In this document: in pieces, positions 48,637 to 59,522 of the stretch
How the letters are laid out: every line of letters starts with the position of its first letter
Numbering within the stretch: the first letter of the stretch is position 1
DNA from: Nitrosopumilus sp.
Lineage (GTDB): Archaea > Thermoproteota > Nitrososphaeria > Nitrososphaerales > Nitrosopumilaceae
NCBI GenBank assembly: GCA_965214775.1
Contig: OZ243974.1
Span: 1,280,001-1,344,000, forward strand
Direction of reading: 5' to 3'
DNA length: 64,000 bases
Program-made: the position numbers and the translations under genes
The notes under the pieces: generated by a model
What the model was told of the DNA's origin: nothing
Databases searched by the model: none
Seen by the model: the letters and a program-made list of their open reading frames with translations, nothing else

Positions 48637-51381
48637 TTGTTTATGAAAGATCGCGCTCAAACCCGACAGAAGAACCGGATTCTTGATTCGTTGTTTGGGG
48701 ATTTTGGGTTTTCAAAACTTACTGAAATCCAACACAAGGCTTCACCCAAAATCCTACAAAAAAAAGATTGCCTAGTCATTGCCCCAACCGGTTCTGGGAA
48801 AACAGAGTGCTCTGTAATCCCGATCTTTTCGCTGTTGAAAAAGTCAAAGCAGCCTGGAAAAATAAAAGCACTATACATCACACCGTTACGTGCATTGAAT
48901 AGAGACGTATTTAGAAGAATTACAAAATATGCCCATTCCAACGGCTTGAGAATTGAAATTAGACATGGTGATACGTCCCAAAAGGACAGAAAGAGGATCA
49001 CTGAAAATCCCCCGGATGTCCTGATTACGACTCCTGAGACCCTGGTAATCTTACTGACTCAAGTCAAAATGCTAGATGCGTTGTCTGAGCTTGAATGGGT
49101 TGTTGTAGACGAAGTCCATGAGTTGTTGTCCAGCGAGCGAGGCTCACAGCTTTCTCTGAGCATGGAACGCCTGGAATTTAATTCAAGGTTCCCTCTGACA
49201 AAAATTGGCTTGTCTGCAACTGTGGGTAATTTTGATGAAGCGGCAAAATTTGTCGTAGGCACAAAAAGAACCTGTGAAATTATCAGAGATACGTCTGTCA
49301 GAAGGTATGACGTTGAAATAAAGTTCGTAGACGGGTCCATTTCTGACGTTGCACAAGGCATCGTTGACTATGTCACCGAATTGGATCTAGGCTCACCGAT
49401 TCTTTTGTTTGCCAATACCCGCGGGGAATCTGAGTTTTTAGCATCTGTCTTGAAGGAAAAATCCCCCATCCCTATCGAACTGCATCACGGTTCACTGTCC
49501 AAGGAAGTTAGGGAGGAGGCCGAACTATCGCTGCGTGAGGGCAAACAAGGGATTGTTGTGTGCACCTCTTCACTCGAATTGGGGCTGGATATTGGTTCTG
49601 TCGAACTAGTCATTCATTACGGCTCGCCAAGACAAGTTTCAAAATTTGTACAAAGAATTGGCAGAAGCAGGCACAACCGCGATGCCTCTGCAAAGGGACT
49701 GATAATAACCAATAATTCTGATGATGAGTTTGAAGCACGGGCAATTCTGAACCGAATTCAAGAGGGATCAATCGAGGAACAAAAGATTCATGACAAATCA
49801 TTAGACGTTCTTGCGCATCATCTGGTGGGCTTGACAATGCAAGTTGGGGAAATTCGGGTGGACAAGGCACATGATCTAGTAACAAAGGCATTTCCATTTA
49901 GAAATCTAAAGCTAGATGAGCTGATTGACGTGCTTGACTTGCTTGATTCAAACTATCTGATATTCTTTGATAGATCTAAAATGACCTTTTGGAAGAAGGG
50001 GCGCTCTTTCAAATACTATTTTGAGAACCTGTCTACCATTCCTGACATCTTAAAATTCAAGGTCTTTGACAGTGTTGGAAAAAAAATTATCGGCTCATTG
50101 GATCAGCGATTTGTTGGGGATCATGGAGACTCTGGAAATATTTTCGTCTTGAAGGGCTCTCAATGGAGAATCCTAAACACGGATGAAAAATCCTTTACCG
50201 TAAATGTCGAACCGTTCAGAGGCGGGGGAATAACAGTCCCGTATTGGGAGGGTGAAAATATTCCAATTGACCACAAAACTGCCAGAGGGGTTGGCCAATT
50301 TCGAACCAAAGTCAAAAGCGGTTCCATACGATTGTCCAACAAACTGATAGAAAATTTGCAGTTTGGGCAAGTCCCTGATGAGGACCACATCGTTGTCGAA
50401 TCGAACCGATCACATGGCTCAATCGTAGTTCATTCGTGTTTTGGCACAAAAATCAACTCTACGCTATCTGCGTTATTGTCCTCCATGTTGTCCTCGCTAC
50501 TGGGCTCTGTTGTTGATTCCCGCTCAGATGCATATAGAATCGCACTGTCCTGCAGCTCCAGAATTGCCGAAAAGTTATTCCTTAAAGTTTTAAAAGACGA
50601 CTATGATTTATCCTCGATTGTAAGTGCGTCTCTTGCAGGCACTCACAATGTAAACTGGCGAACCTGGTGTGTTGCAAAAAAATTTGGAATTGTAGGACGC
50701 GGGGCAGTTTATGAAAGACGGTCTGCAAGATTTCTTTACGAGAGATATTCCAAGACTTCTCTTGTGCAGGAGGCATTGCGAGAACTCTTTCATGACAAGT
50801 ACGATCTGGAAAACTGTAAAAATCTGCTAGAAAGCATCAGAGAGGAGAAAACAAGCATTCAATGGATGGAAGTTGACAAATTCTCTAAACTTGCCGAGCC
50901 GATCTTGGATCATACGGCAAGGTATTATTCATCCCCGGCAAATCTTGACAAGGGAATCCTCAATCTGGTGAAATCTAGGCTTGGCAAAACAAAACACCGT
51001 CTGGTCTGTGCCAGGTGTGGAAAATGGGAACGCGTCGTTCAAACAAACGAGGTCCCAAGATTAATCTGTCATTATTGCAAGGGACGCCAGATAACTGCAA
51101 CCTTCTATTCGGATTATGATCTGCCAAAAATTATCCGTAAAAAACACGAGGGCAAAAAACTCACACCTGATGAACGGCGCAAGTTTGATCGTGCCTGGAA
51201 GGTATCTTCCTTGATAGAAAATTTTGGAAAAACTGCAATTGTTGTAATGTCCGGTTATGGCGTGGGTGCTGATACGGCTGCACGAATTCTAAGGAACATG
51301 GTTGACGAGGAACATCTTTTCAAGCAAATCTATGAAGCTGAACGGCAATATGTGGTTACCAGGGGTTTTTGGGACTCTTAG
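48637..51381 (+). CDS. Lhr-like SF2 helicase
   Basis: APTGSGKT, PLRALNRD, DEVH, SAT, HHGSL, QRIGRS; C-terminal Zn ribbon. Confidence 0.92.
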   Translation: MFMKDRAQTRQKNRILDSLFGDFGFSKLTEIQHKASPKILQKKDCLVIAPTGSGKTECSVIPIFSLLKKSKQPGKIKALYITPLRALNRDVFRRITKYAHSNGLRIEIRHGDTSQKDRKRITENPPDVLITTPETLVILLTQVKMLDALSELEWVVVDEVHELLSSERGSQLSLSMERLEFNSRFPLTKIGLSATVGNFDEAAKFVVGTKRTCEIIRDTSVRRYDVEIKFVDGSISDVAQGIVDYVTELDLGSPILLFANTRGESEFLASVLKEKSPIPIELHHGSLSKEVREEAELSLREGKQGIVVCTSSLELGLDIGSVELVIHYGSPRQVSKFVQRIGRSRHNRDASAKGLIITNNSDDEFEARAILNRIQEGSIEEQKIHDKSLDVLAHHLVGLTMQVGEIRVDKAHDLVTKAFPFRNLKLDELIDVLDLLDSNYLIFFDRSKMTFWKKGRSFKYYFENLSTIPDILKFKVFDSVGKKIIGSLDQRFVGDHGDSGNIFVLKGSQWRILNTDEKSFTVNVEPFRGGGITVPYWEGENIPIDHKTARGVGQFRTKVKSGSIRLSNKLIENLQFGQVPDEDHIVVESNRSHGSIVVHSCFGTKINSTLSALLSSMLSSLLGSVVDSRSDAYRIALSCSSRIAEKLFLKVLKDDYDLSSIVSASLAGTHNVNWRTWCVAKKFGIVGRGAVYERRSARFLYERYSKTSLVQEALRELFHDKYDLENCKNLLESIREEKTSIQWMEVDKFSKLAEPILDHTARYYSSPANLDKGILNLVKSRLGKTKHRLVCARCGKWERVVQTNEVPRLICHYCKGRQITATFYSDYDLPKIIRKKHEGKKLTPDERRKFDRAWKVSSLIENFGKTAIVVMSGYGVGADTAARILRNMVDEEHLFKQIYEAERQYVVTRGFWDS

Positions 51382-52775
51382 CTTTTCCTTCTTATTTTGG
51401 AAAATGACGTTAGGACCAGTTCGACTCTGCCTTCCAAACCGGCTTTTGCATTAATGCCGGCAATTGAAATTATCTCGCCTGATTGGCATTTGTCAATTAG
51501 TCTGGCCTGGTTTCTCCAACCTTTCACCCAGATCTGACCGGTGTCGTCTTCTACAAACATCTCCGATAGTGCAATTGATTCGCCTGACTTTGTTTGCACC
51601 TCTCTCCTTTCTGGAGCCTTTAAGACGATGGCTTCAATACAGTATGTCTCATCGACTTTGACATCATTAATTTTTGTGCGAATCTTTGAAAGTGTGGGTA
51701 TTGATTCATCATTGTCCAGTTTTCGTACAAACGAATCGTCGTTTAACGTAACTGAATTTCCGTGAACTTTTGACGGCATGCATTCGATTACGTCTCCTTC
51801 GGCACAAATTGAGGTTGAATCTGCAAAGTCGCTAATGTTGAATAACTTCCTGTTGCTGTCAACCCCGAGAACCATGTTTCTTCCGTTTTCAGTCGGGGTG
51901 ATGGAAAGAACCCTGGTGACAATCGGTTCTGTCTCCTTTCCTCCCTTAATATCGATGATAGTTGCATCGTCTCCGTGAATTTCTAAACCCTGATTTCCGT
52001 TCTTCACATTGACACCTAATAGTCTGGTCTTGGCATCCTGAGCGATCATGTTTGGAATTGAAGACTCGTCTTTTCCCCACAGTACGACCCTCATTGCAGA
52101 GTTATCCTTGCCTTTGAGCCTCATCCTGAGTGCTTTTCTGGGCTGGCCACGTGAGTTTGTGAATTCCATTTGGCCAATCATGCCGTCAATTGTGCCTGAA
52201 ACCACAACGTCTTTCTGTCCTTCTTGCAATTCGCTAATGTCCTTGGTGATGCTCTCAATTGACGGAATCTCGCTTGAGGAGTCGGCAGTTTCAATATTTG
52301 AGCCTGAACCGATGTTTATTGTTGGAGAGCCATCACGATCCGACTTTACATATGCCTTGATGATCTTTATCAAATCCCCCGGCTTGAGATCCTCAATTCC
52401 AGGAAGATTTGCCTTTTCATCCCACAGCTTTACGCTTGCAGTCGAATTTGAATCATAAACTGTCATGGTTCGCAAGTAAAATGGCGAACCGTCTTTTCTG
52501 GAAAATTGCTTGGAAGGGGACAGATTCAAAACCCTTGTTTCTAAAGAAACTTCCTTTGCACCTGCATACAGATCCTTTAATCCTAATTCTGTTTTGAGCG
52601 GTTCTGACAGACTCACTCCATAATCTGATGCAATGAGAAAGAGGGCCCCATGGTCAGTGAGGTAGCCTGCCCCGATTTTTTCCTTTTTCAGATTTATCTG
52701 TTCTTGGATGCCTTCCTTTGAGAGTTCTGGCTTTTGGTCAATTAATTTCTGGATTAAATCCTCCAATTCGGACAA
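51378..52775 (-). CDS. Replication protein A / OB-fold ssDNA-binding protein
   Basis: GALFLIA N-terminus; several OB folds (F.RKDG, VKLWD, DDTGQI...W). Confidence 0.85.
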   Translation of the reverse strand: MSELEDLIQKLIDQKPELSKEGIQEQINLKKEKIGAGYLTDHGALFLIASDYGVSLSEPLKTELGLKDLYAGAKEVSLETRVLNLSPSKQFSRKDGSPFYLRTMTVYDSNSTASVKLWDEKANLPGIEDLKPGDLIKIIKAYVKSDRDGSPTINIGSGSNIETADSSSEIPSIESITKDISELQEGQKDVVVSGTIDGMIGQMEFTNSRGQPRKALRMRLKGKDNSAMRVVLWGKDESSIPNMIAQDAKTRLLGVNVKNGNQGLEIHGDDATIIDIKGGKETEPIVTRVLSITPTENGRNMVLGVDSNRKLFNISDFADSTSICAEGDVIECMPSKVHGNSVTLNDDSFVRKLDNDESIPTLSKIRTKINDVKVDETYCIEAIVLKAPERREVQTKSGESIALSEMFVEDDTGQIWVKGWRNQARLIDKCQSGEIISIAGINAKAGLEGRVELVLTSFSKIRRKS

Positions 52776-52827
52776 CGCAATCTTAATAAAAATATTCTCT
52801 TAATAAAAATATTCTCTTAATAATAAC

Positions 52828-52938
52828 CAGCCAAGTGAAAAGTAAATGAGGTTTGTTGTTTTGTCCTGATATTGAGGCATCGTGCCTCCTGTCCCGCTTT
52901 TGTTTTTATCCGATTTTTTAGTACTTTTTACTTGGCTG
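52828..52938. mobile_element. MITE I, uninterrupted, 111 bp
   Basis: cagccaagtgaaa / ttttacttggctg; aligns to 25999-26189 once MITE B is removed. Confidence 0.82.
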
Positions 52939-53260
52939 AATAAAAATTTGTAATGTGGCCACCGGCCACCTATCCCTTGACCATCATTTGCACCATTGAC
53001 GAAAAATTCTCAACCAGACCAATGCCGTGAGTCTACACGCCAAACTAGAACAAGGTGAGACTATGCTGTCTTCTTGTAGCTGCTAGAATGAAAACGGCGG
53101 CAGGGTATGCGTGGCCTCGCACAAATTTTACCGAGTTCTAAGAAACCATCCTCAAATCCCTGATCGCATTTTTTACAATCTTCCTTCTCAAAATCTGCGT
53201 TGTTTTTGCACAGCCAATCCTTATCCACAATCAGTGTCTTTTAAAATTAGGGCAGACTCT

Positions 53261-54579
53261 GGCGTTGTCCGGAATTTTTCCAGAAATCTACCGATAAGCT
53301 TATAGATCATAAGCGCAGGATGCGACAACCTTATGGATCATAGGATCGACGTCCCCGTATCAATGAAATCAAAGACCAACAAGAAGGAATCCAAGAAGGA
53401 ATCCAAGAAGGAATCCAAGAAGGAATCCAAGAAGGAATCCAAGAAGGAATCCAAGAAGGAATCCAAGAAGGAATCCAGCAAGACCAGCAAGAAAAAAAAG
53501 TCAGAGTACACGAGACCTCCGGAATACTATGCCGAGTACGAGAAAAAAAGGAGAGAGGACAGCAAGAGGTGCGGCATCGGAATCAAAAAGATCCGCAAGA
53601 TCCTCCTGTCCCTCCTCCATAACACAGAGCAAGAGGATGAAATTCCCTATCTTCTGTGCGTACTCGACATGGAGTACCGCGGAAACTCGTATCGCAGACA
53701 CGTCGAATACATGGAGTCGAATCCTGGTTCAACTAACATGTACGGGCTCAAAAAGGTTCCGGCCAAGTCGACACTGCATGATGCAGCCGTAAGGATAGCT
53801 GCCTGGGACAAGTCGGTGCTAAGATCGGTACTCTCAGAACAGGCAGGCGCAGACGCCAGGGGAACGTTGCTTGGCGACTCTAGCGGTTTCTCCATAATGA
53901 GATACCACACATGGGAGGACGCAAAGAAGGGCGTCATATCCAGGCAGATGTTTGCCAAGCTGCACATACTGTTGGCCCCGCACGGCAAGATTGCCGCCTG
54001 CGAGGTGACGCCGGGCGAATTCCATGATTCCCCGGTGTTCCGTAACGAGCTGCTACCGCAGGTTCCCAACGGCACAGGACACGTGATCCTGGATGCCGCA
54101 TACGACTCGTATGAGAACTGCAGGGTCATAGCCGACGGAGGCAGAACCCCAGTGATATGTCCGCGTATAGGATATACGGTTCACGGGTTCAACGCCCGCT
54201 CCAAGATGCTAAGATGGCACAAAAAGGACCCCGAGGGATTCGAGAAGACGTACCACCAGCGCAGCCTCGTTGAGTCGGCCTTCTCGTCGATAAAGGCAAG
54301 GTTTGACTCCACGGTGCGCGCCATGTCGCTTCCGATGCAGTCGCTCAGGCTTACCCTCAAGGTATTCTGCTACAATCTGGTCAGCTAGGATCCATAATGC
54401 CGGTACGGTGGAATCGTCCGGCTAGCGGATGCTATGCAGTATGACGTCAAAACACGGGCCATAACTACACAATGCGGGCCGGAGTGCGGATTCGTCTCTA
54501 TGTTTGCAGTCATTGCGCCATGATTTTGTACAAATCTCCCCGGAAATCACGTCCTAAAATCACGATTCCGGACAACGCC
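53261..54579 (+). mobile_element. IS5-family (IS903/ISH1-like) element, 1319 bp, copy 2
   Basis: Same TIRs and length as 26668-27986; 9-bp TSD gcagactct. Confidence 0.95.
53333..54388 (+). CDS. DDE transposase with (KKES)8 repeat
   Basis: Protein identical to 26859-27914. Confidence 0.9.
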   Translation: MDHRIDVPVSMKSKTNKKESKKESKKESKKESKKESKKESKKESKKESSKTSKKKKSEYTRPPEYYAEYEKKRREDSKRCGIGIKKIRKILLSLLHNTEQEDEIPYLLCVLDMEYRGNSYRRHVEYMESNPGSTNMYGLKKVPAKSTLHDAAVRIAAWDKSVLRSVLSEQAGADARGTLLGDSSGFSIMRYHTWEDAKKGVISRQMFAKLHILLAPHGKIAACEVTPGEFHDSPVFRNELLPQVPNGTGHVILDAAYDSYENCRVIADGGRTPVICPRIGYTVHGFNARSKMLRWHKKDPEGFEKTYHQRSLVESAFSSIKARFDSTVRAMSLPMQSLRLTLKVFCYNLVS

Positions 54580-54624
54580 GCAGACTCTCATTAGGTAAAT
54601 TAGTAAGAAGATCGCAGTTTTCTT

Positions 54625-55575
54625 GTGCCTTGTATTGAAATTAGCCATCTGTCCAAGTCATATGGGGGCGTTTTTGCAGTTGACAACATTGATCTCTCCG
54701 TTGAATGCGGACAAGTTTTCGGATTTCTGGGTCCCAACGGAGCCGGAAAATCCACTACCATCAAACTATTGACCACGCTTATTCGGCCTACCTCAGGCTC
54801 AGTGTCCATACTTGGAATAGATGCGGTGAAAAACCCCCTCCAAATCCGTCATAAAATTGGAGTGGTTCTTCAACAGCCCAGCTACGAGCCCACCCTCTCT
54901 GTGGAAAAATCTCTTGACAAGTACGGAATGATGTGGAATGTTCCAAGAGATGAAAGGAAAAAAAGAGTTGAGGAACTGCTAGCTGACTTTGATTTGAAAG
55001 AAATCCGTAAAAAACGAAATGAGGATCTTTCCATAGGACAACGTAGACGTGTCCAAGTTGCAAGAGAGTTCATGCATGATATGGATCTTTTGTTTTTGGA
55101 TGAGCCGACAGTTGGCTTGGATCCCAACACAAGACAGAGCCTTTTGGATTACCTGAAAAATAAAGTAAAGACGGGACTGACAATCTTCTATACCACCCAT
55201 ATTTTATCAGAGGCCGAACACCTCTGTGATAAAATCGCTATTATAGACAAAGGAAAAATCGTGACCGTTGATACTCCAGACGCATTAAAATCAAAATTTG
55301 GAAGTGAAAAGACCGTCAAAATTCATCTAAACGAAGAAAGAAAAGAGGTTGCCTCATTTCTGTCAGGCATTGAAGACTGTAAAATTGATTTTAACAACGG
55401 AACTACCATTGTCATTCATTCCGAAAGATCCGAATACGTCTTGCTGCAAATCTTGAAAATTTTGAATGGCAGGGGCATTGAGATAGAGGACTTGTCTGCA
55501 GTACCGGCAAATCTTGAAGAAATATTTCTAAAAATGGTAAGAGAAAATGCATCCGATAGTCAGACTGGTAAATAG
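54625..55575 (+). CDS. ABC transporter ATP-binding protein
   Basis: GPNGAGKST, LSIGQ, LDEPT, TTH. Confidence 0.95.
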   Translation: MPCIEISHLSKSYGGVFAVDNIDLSVECGQVFGFLGPNGAGKSTTIKLLTTLIRPTSGSVSILGIDAVKNPLQIRHKIGVVLQQPSYEPTLSVEKSLDKYGMMWNVPRDERKKRVEELLADFDLKEIRKKRNEDLSIGQRRRVQVAREFMHDMDLLFLDEPTVGLDPNTRQSLLDYLKNKVKTGLTIFYTTHILSEAEHLCDKIAIIDKGKIVTVDTPDALKSKFGSEKTVKIHLNEERKEVASFLSGIEDCKIDFNNGTTIVIHSERSEYVLLQILKILNGRGIEIEDLSAVPANLEEIFLKMVRENASDSQTGK

Positions 55576-56308
55576 AAACCTCACAATCTCTCTAAATCCG
55601 GGATTTTTAACATGGCAGGTAATTTTTCCGTTAATCTACATTTTTGTAGCAGGATTTGCTTATGCGCCCCTGATACAAAACGTTCCGTTGGGATCCAGGG
55701 ATTTGGATTATCCTGCATTTCTTGCATCAGGCATGATTGGATTTAACATAATGAACAGCACTCTTGTGTCTGGAATAATAATTTGGAATGATAGGCGTCA
55801 TGGAATGTTTGAACAAATAATGTCCGGCCCCTTTACCAGGGGCCATTACATTCTTAGCAATATCTGCACTATAGGAATAGTCGGGCTGGTAAGCGCATCG
55901 CTAATTGTAGTGGTAGGCTATCCTGTATTCTTTGACTCGATCGAATTTTCACTAATCACAATGCCGTTGATTGTTTTTGGGGCAGTAACCGGTTCGGTTT
56001 TATTTGGATCTCTGGCTTCCATCATCTCGACAAGACTGCGTTCAAGCGAGGGATTCAACGTAATTATTAACACTGTTTTTTTGTTTTTTGCATTTGTAAG
56101 TACGGCGTTTTATCCTGCAGAAGGCGTGCCGGAACCTTTACGTTCAGCTTTCTATCTGAATCCCTTGACTTATCTGGCTGACGTGATTCGGGCAGGAATT
56201 TTTAGCACATTTACGGAATTTGTATTTTATGAGATGATTGCTCTTTTAGTAATGGCTGCCGGATTGCTTGTTGTGGCGTCTAAATTACTAACAAAACTTG
56301 ATTTCTGA
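55547..56308 (+). CDS. ABC-2 type permease
   Basis: Six TM segments, FYP...P..L...NPLTY. Confidence 0.9.
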   Translation: MHPIVRLVNRNLTISLNPGFLTWQVIFPLIYIFVAGFAYAPLIQNVPLGSRDLDYPAFLASGMIGFNIMNSTLVSGIIIWNDRRHGMFEQIMSGPFTRGHYILSNICTIGIVGLVSASLIVVVGYPVFFDSIEFSLITMPLIVFGAVTGSVLFGSLASIISTRLRSSEGFNVIINTVFLFFAFVSTAFYPAEGVPEPLRSAFYLNPLTYLADVIRAGIFSTFTEFVFYEMIALLVMAAGLLVVASKLLTKLDF

Positions 56309-56310
56309 CT

Positions 56311-57054
56311 TTACCTGCTGTTGGTAAAATTTTCATACATCTCATTTATTTTCTTGACAATCTGGAGATCTTCATAATCCACTAAATTTAGATTTGGTAT
56401 CACACAGTGTCCTCCGATAATGCCCGGATAGATCTTTGGCCTGTTTCCCAAATTTTCATGAATCTCATCTGCAAACTTCCACATTTCATCAAAATCTATT
56501 CCTTCCTTTTCACATATCATTTTTGTAATCTGAGCATAATTGATTAGCCATCCATAATATGTCGTATCGACCAAAACTTTTGCCAATTCGGCAGTCTTTG
56601 TATCTGACATCCATTTGACTTTTTCAAACCTTTCTACAAGATCTTCCTTGATTTTGGAGTCAATTTCATCCTTTTCTGAAGCTACAAACTTGGAATATCT
56701 TTTGATATCATCTAAAAACCTCCTATGGACTCCTCTTACCGGCGAATACAATACGGGAACACTGAATTTTTCCTGGATTTTTTTCGTGGTTCCGGGCCTT
56801 ACAGTCGAATGTATCACGATATTTTTTACGCCTCCAATTTTTTTTGCCCAGTCTTCAACAATGCCTTCAAAGTCTGATAGTTCACCTGGAAGGCAAACAT
56901 GCAGATATTCTGGGGCATCGACAATCTCATTGCCGGTGAAGTTCTTGCACCTTGCAGGTTCGGCATCGATTCCAACACAGTCAATTCCCCTTTCTTCAAG
57001 AAGATCAAACAAAGTTTCTCCCACTTGGCCCATGCCTAAAACAACGTCAGTCAA
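56311..57054 (-). CDS. UDP-glucose/GDP-mannose dehydrogenase-like protein (short)
   Basis: GMGQVG, HSTVRPGTT, AELAK, IGGHCVIPN. Confidence 0.8.
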   Translation of the reverse strand: MTDVVLGMGQVGETLFDLLEERGIDCVGIDAEPARCKNFTGNEIVDAPEYLHVCLPGELSDFEGIVEDWAKKIGGVKNIVIHSTVRPGTTKKIQEKFSVPVLYSPVRGVHRRFLDDIKRYSKFVASEKDEIDSKIKEDLVERFEKVKWMSDTKTAELAKVLVDTTYYGWLINYAQITKMICEKEGIDFDEMWKFADEIHENLGNRPKIYPGIIGGHCVIPNLNLVDYEDLQIVKKINEMYENFTNSR

Positions 57055-57112
57055 TCCGATTTCTGGAAATATTCCGTTCTATATTCGTGTTTTAATCATT
57101 TTTTAAATAAAG

Positions 57113-57185
57113 TAGCCCGAGGCAGATTCGAACTGCCGTCACGGGCTCCAAAGGCCCATATGCTTGACCTCTACACTATCGGGCT
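57113..57185 (-). tRNA. tRNA-Gln(TTG)
   Basis: agcccga acceptor stem, anticodon loop ctttgga, T-loop gttcgaat. Confidence 0.95.
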
Positions 57186-57253
57186 GCCGCTAAATCGAAC
57201 ACGCCAGCTCCCTTAATGAACTTTTTATTAGAATCTCCGTATTTTGCAAATCT

Positions 57254-58279
57254 CTAACTGATTAATCTGTCCAATTTCTGGATGGGATCTTCCATTTTGG
57301 AACGAATTACTCTTGCCTGTCTCTGACCGTATTTTTTAGAACTTTTCAATATTTTTTCAATATTTTTACAAATTTTTTGCGGATCTGTCTCTCTTATTGC
57401 TATGCGGTTTTTAACCAAATACTTTTCTATAAAGTTTGGCACTGCGTTGTATGAGATTGTCGGAACTCCCAACAATGCAGATTCTGCCGTCATTGTTCCT
57501 CCCGAACCAATAAAAACATCCGTATCCTCCAAAACATTCTTTCCATCAAATGACATTTTAATTACCCTGGCCCTGTCTCCCACAATTTTTTGAAGATTGG
57601 AGATTTGATTCGGATATCTTCCTAAAATTACTATGTTCTCACCTCCAAAATCAGTAATTATTTTTTTAATGATTGGAACAGTCTTATCTGATTTTGATGT
57701 GTAGGACGCTTGCTCTTCTTCTACTCTGATCAAAATATTTTTTTTGCCGTTTTTTCTAAATGGGGTTTTCTTATCTTTGATGGCCTTCCTCTTTATTGTT
57801 ACATAGGCGTCAATTGCTTTGTAGGGAATGATGTTTTTCTCACTAATTCCAAACTTTGAAAACTCTTTTTTTGGTATTACTGAGGGAATCAACAGCTTTT
57901 GAATCAATGGAATGGTCAGCCTCATTACCGCATCTGCATGTGGGGAATCACAAAACACTATGTGTCTTATTCCTAATCCAAAAGAAATTCTTGAGGCTTC
58001 CGGAGAACCAAAACTTATGGCTGTTTCTGGTCCAAATGCCTTGATTTTTTTGGTCATTTTTTGCATTCTTTGTATGCTTGACTCTAATTTCCCAAGATTG
58101 GTATGTGTGTCGTGTTTTCCAATGCTTACCAGGCTAAAACGACGAATTTTGGCCAATTTTGAAACTTCTTCATAGTCCCTTGATGTGCACAAAATCTTGT
58201 GTTTTTTACCCAATTTTCCAACTATCGGCTCAGCAAACAGCAATTGTTTTGGGGTGAGAATATCTATCCATATTTTCAA
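57254..58279 (-). CDS. DUF354 / GT-B fold protein
   Basis: MKIWIDI, CTSR, DSPHA, GSGGTMTAESALLGVP. Confidence 0.85.
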   Translation of the reverse strand: MKIWIDILTPKQLLFAEPIVGKLGKKHKILCTSRDYEEVSKLAKIRRFSLVSIGKHDTHTNLGKLESSIQRMQKMTKKIKAFGPETAISFGSPEASRISFGLGIRHIVFCDSPHADAVMRLTIPLIQKLLIPSVIPKKEFSKFGISEKNIIPYKAIDAYVTIKRKAIKDKKTPFRKNGKKNILIRVEEEQASYTSKSDKTVPIIKKIITDFGGENIVILGRYPNQISNLQKIVGDRARVIKMSFDGKNVLEDTDVFIGSGGTMTAESALLGVPTISYNAVPNFIEKYLVKNRIAIRETDPQKICKNIEKILKSSKKYGQRQARVIRSKMEDPIQKLDRLIS

Positions 58280-58346
58280 TTATTCTCCTAAATTTGACAA
58301 GTTCAATAAGTTTTTCTTACTCCAATACATAGCCGAAGTAAGTATC

Positions 58347-59492
58347 ATGGGGAGAAGGGCAAAAGTTGTTGTTTATGGATTAAGTACTGAGGGATATGCA
58401 ATTGCATCTCAAATGGCAATCAAGGGTGCAGATGTGTATATTATTGACGAATCAACCCCTTCTGCAATCTCTTTAAACCCTGAAATTGCCAAAACGTATC
58501 CGAACGTCTCTTCCCTAAAAGAGGATGAGCCGTTACTGGCAATGGAACCAATTGACGTTGCCGTCTCCAAAGCTCAATATCTTTTCTTTGCCCCGAGAAT
58601 TCGAAAAACTGGCCAAGACATTAAAACTGAAATTTATTCAAAATTCAAAGATGCGGCATCCCCATTAAAAAAGAAAAGTTCCGTAGTCTTTACCTTACCT
58701 ACCGGCTTTGGCGGAAACAACGAAAATATCTCTTTACTGGAACATGTCACTGGTTTTAAAGTAGGAAAACAAATCTCATACTTTTATTATCCCCTGGATG
58801 ATCCTGCCCAACAACCAAAAATCATAGGCTCATTTAATGGAAAAGAGGATTCAGCACTTGCTGAATTGTTAAGAACTGACAAAAAAGAAAAAAAATTTGT
58901 TGCGATTTCTTCATCAGAACGTTTTTACGCAATTGATGTTCTTTCGAGATTTTCTAGCCTATGCAGTGTTTTGGAAGTTTGCAAGTACGCACAAGATGAC
59001 ATTGTAAAAAATGATTTCTCTTCAGATGATTTCCAAAACATCTTTCTAGATAACATGGTTGGGGGCATGTTTGATCTCAGGTCATTGCGCTCATCTTTTG
59101 AAGGTGCTAATACCTTGATCTATTTGGTCAATGTAAGCCTAAAGGGAATTGACGGATACATCAAACGTCTGATTGATCAAATCCGCTCTACATTAAAGAA
59201 AAACGATCTAAAAGCTAGTAGAACCAAGATTGTATTGTCATGGACTCTGGATCAATATTCGATGCGGGGTGACAAAATCGAGATGTTGGAAAACCTAAAA
59301 TCAAGATTGCGAGATTATATCGGAGATGTTGAAGCTTATGAAGATCCAAACTTTGATCTATTCCATTCAGAGAAAACAGTAATTGTGGTAGCCTGCTCTC
59401 AAAATGATTTTGATCATATCGAAAAAACAAAACAAGACCCTAATTTAATCATAGTAAAGGCAAATCATTTATGTGAAACCATTCAACAATAA
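58347..59492 (+). CDS. Divergent nucleotide-sugar dehydrogenase-like protein
   Basis: VVVYGL Rossmann-like start; sugar-metabolism context. Confidence 0.55.
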   Translation: MGRRAKVVVYGLSTEGYAIASQMAIKGADVYIIDESTPSAISLNPEIAKTYPNVSSLKEDEPLLAMEPIDVAVSKAQYLFFAPRIRKTGQDIKTEIYSKFKDAASPLKKKSSVVFTLPTGFGGNNENISLLEHVTGFKVGKQISYFYYPLDDPAQQPKIIGSFNGKEDSALAELLRTDKKEKKFVAISSSERFYAIDVLSRFSSLCSVLEVCKYAQDDIVKNDFSSDDFQNIFLDNMVGGMFDLRSLRSSFEGANTLIYLVNVSLKGIDGYIKRLIDQIRSTLKKNDLKASRTKIVLSWTLDQYSMRGDKIEMLENLKSRLRDYIGDVEAYEDPNFDLFHSEKTVIVVACSQNDFDHIEKTKQDPNLIIVKANHLCETIQQ

Positions 59493-59522
59493 TTTAAATT
59501 AGCTTTTGAAAAAATTCGTACT

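Noticed and set aside
52782-52822. 17-bp tandem duplication upstream of the RPA gene
   Set aside because: Simple slippage repeat without an insert.
52942-53129. Possible degenerate TG...CA-ended MITE
   Set aside because: The inverted repeat is too imperfect and no full second copy was found.
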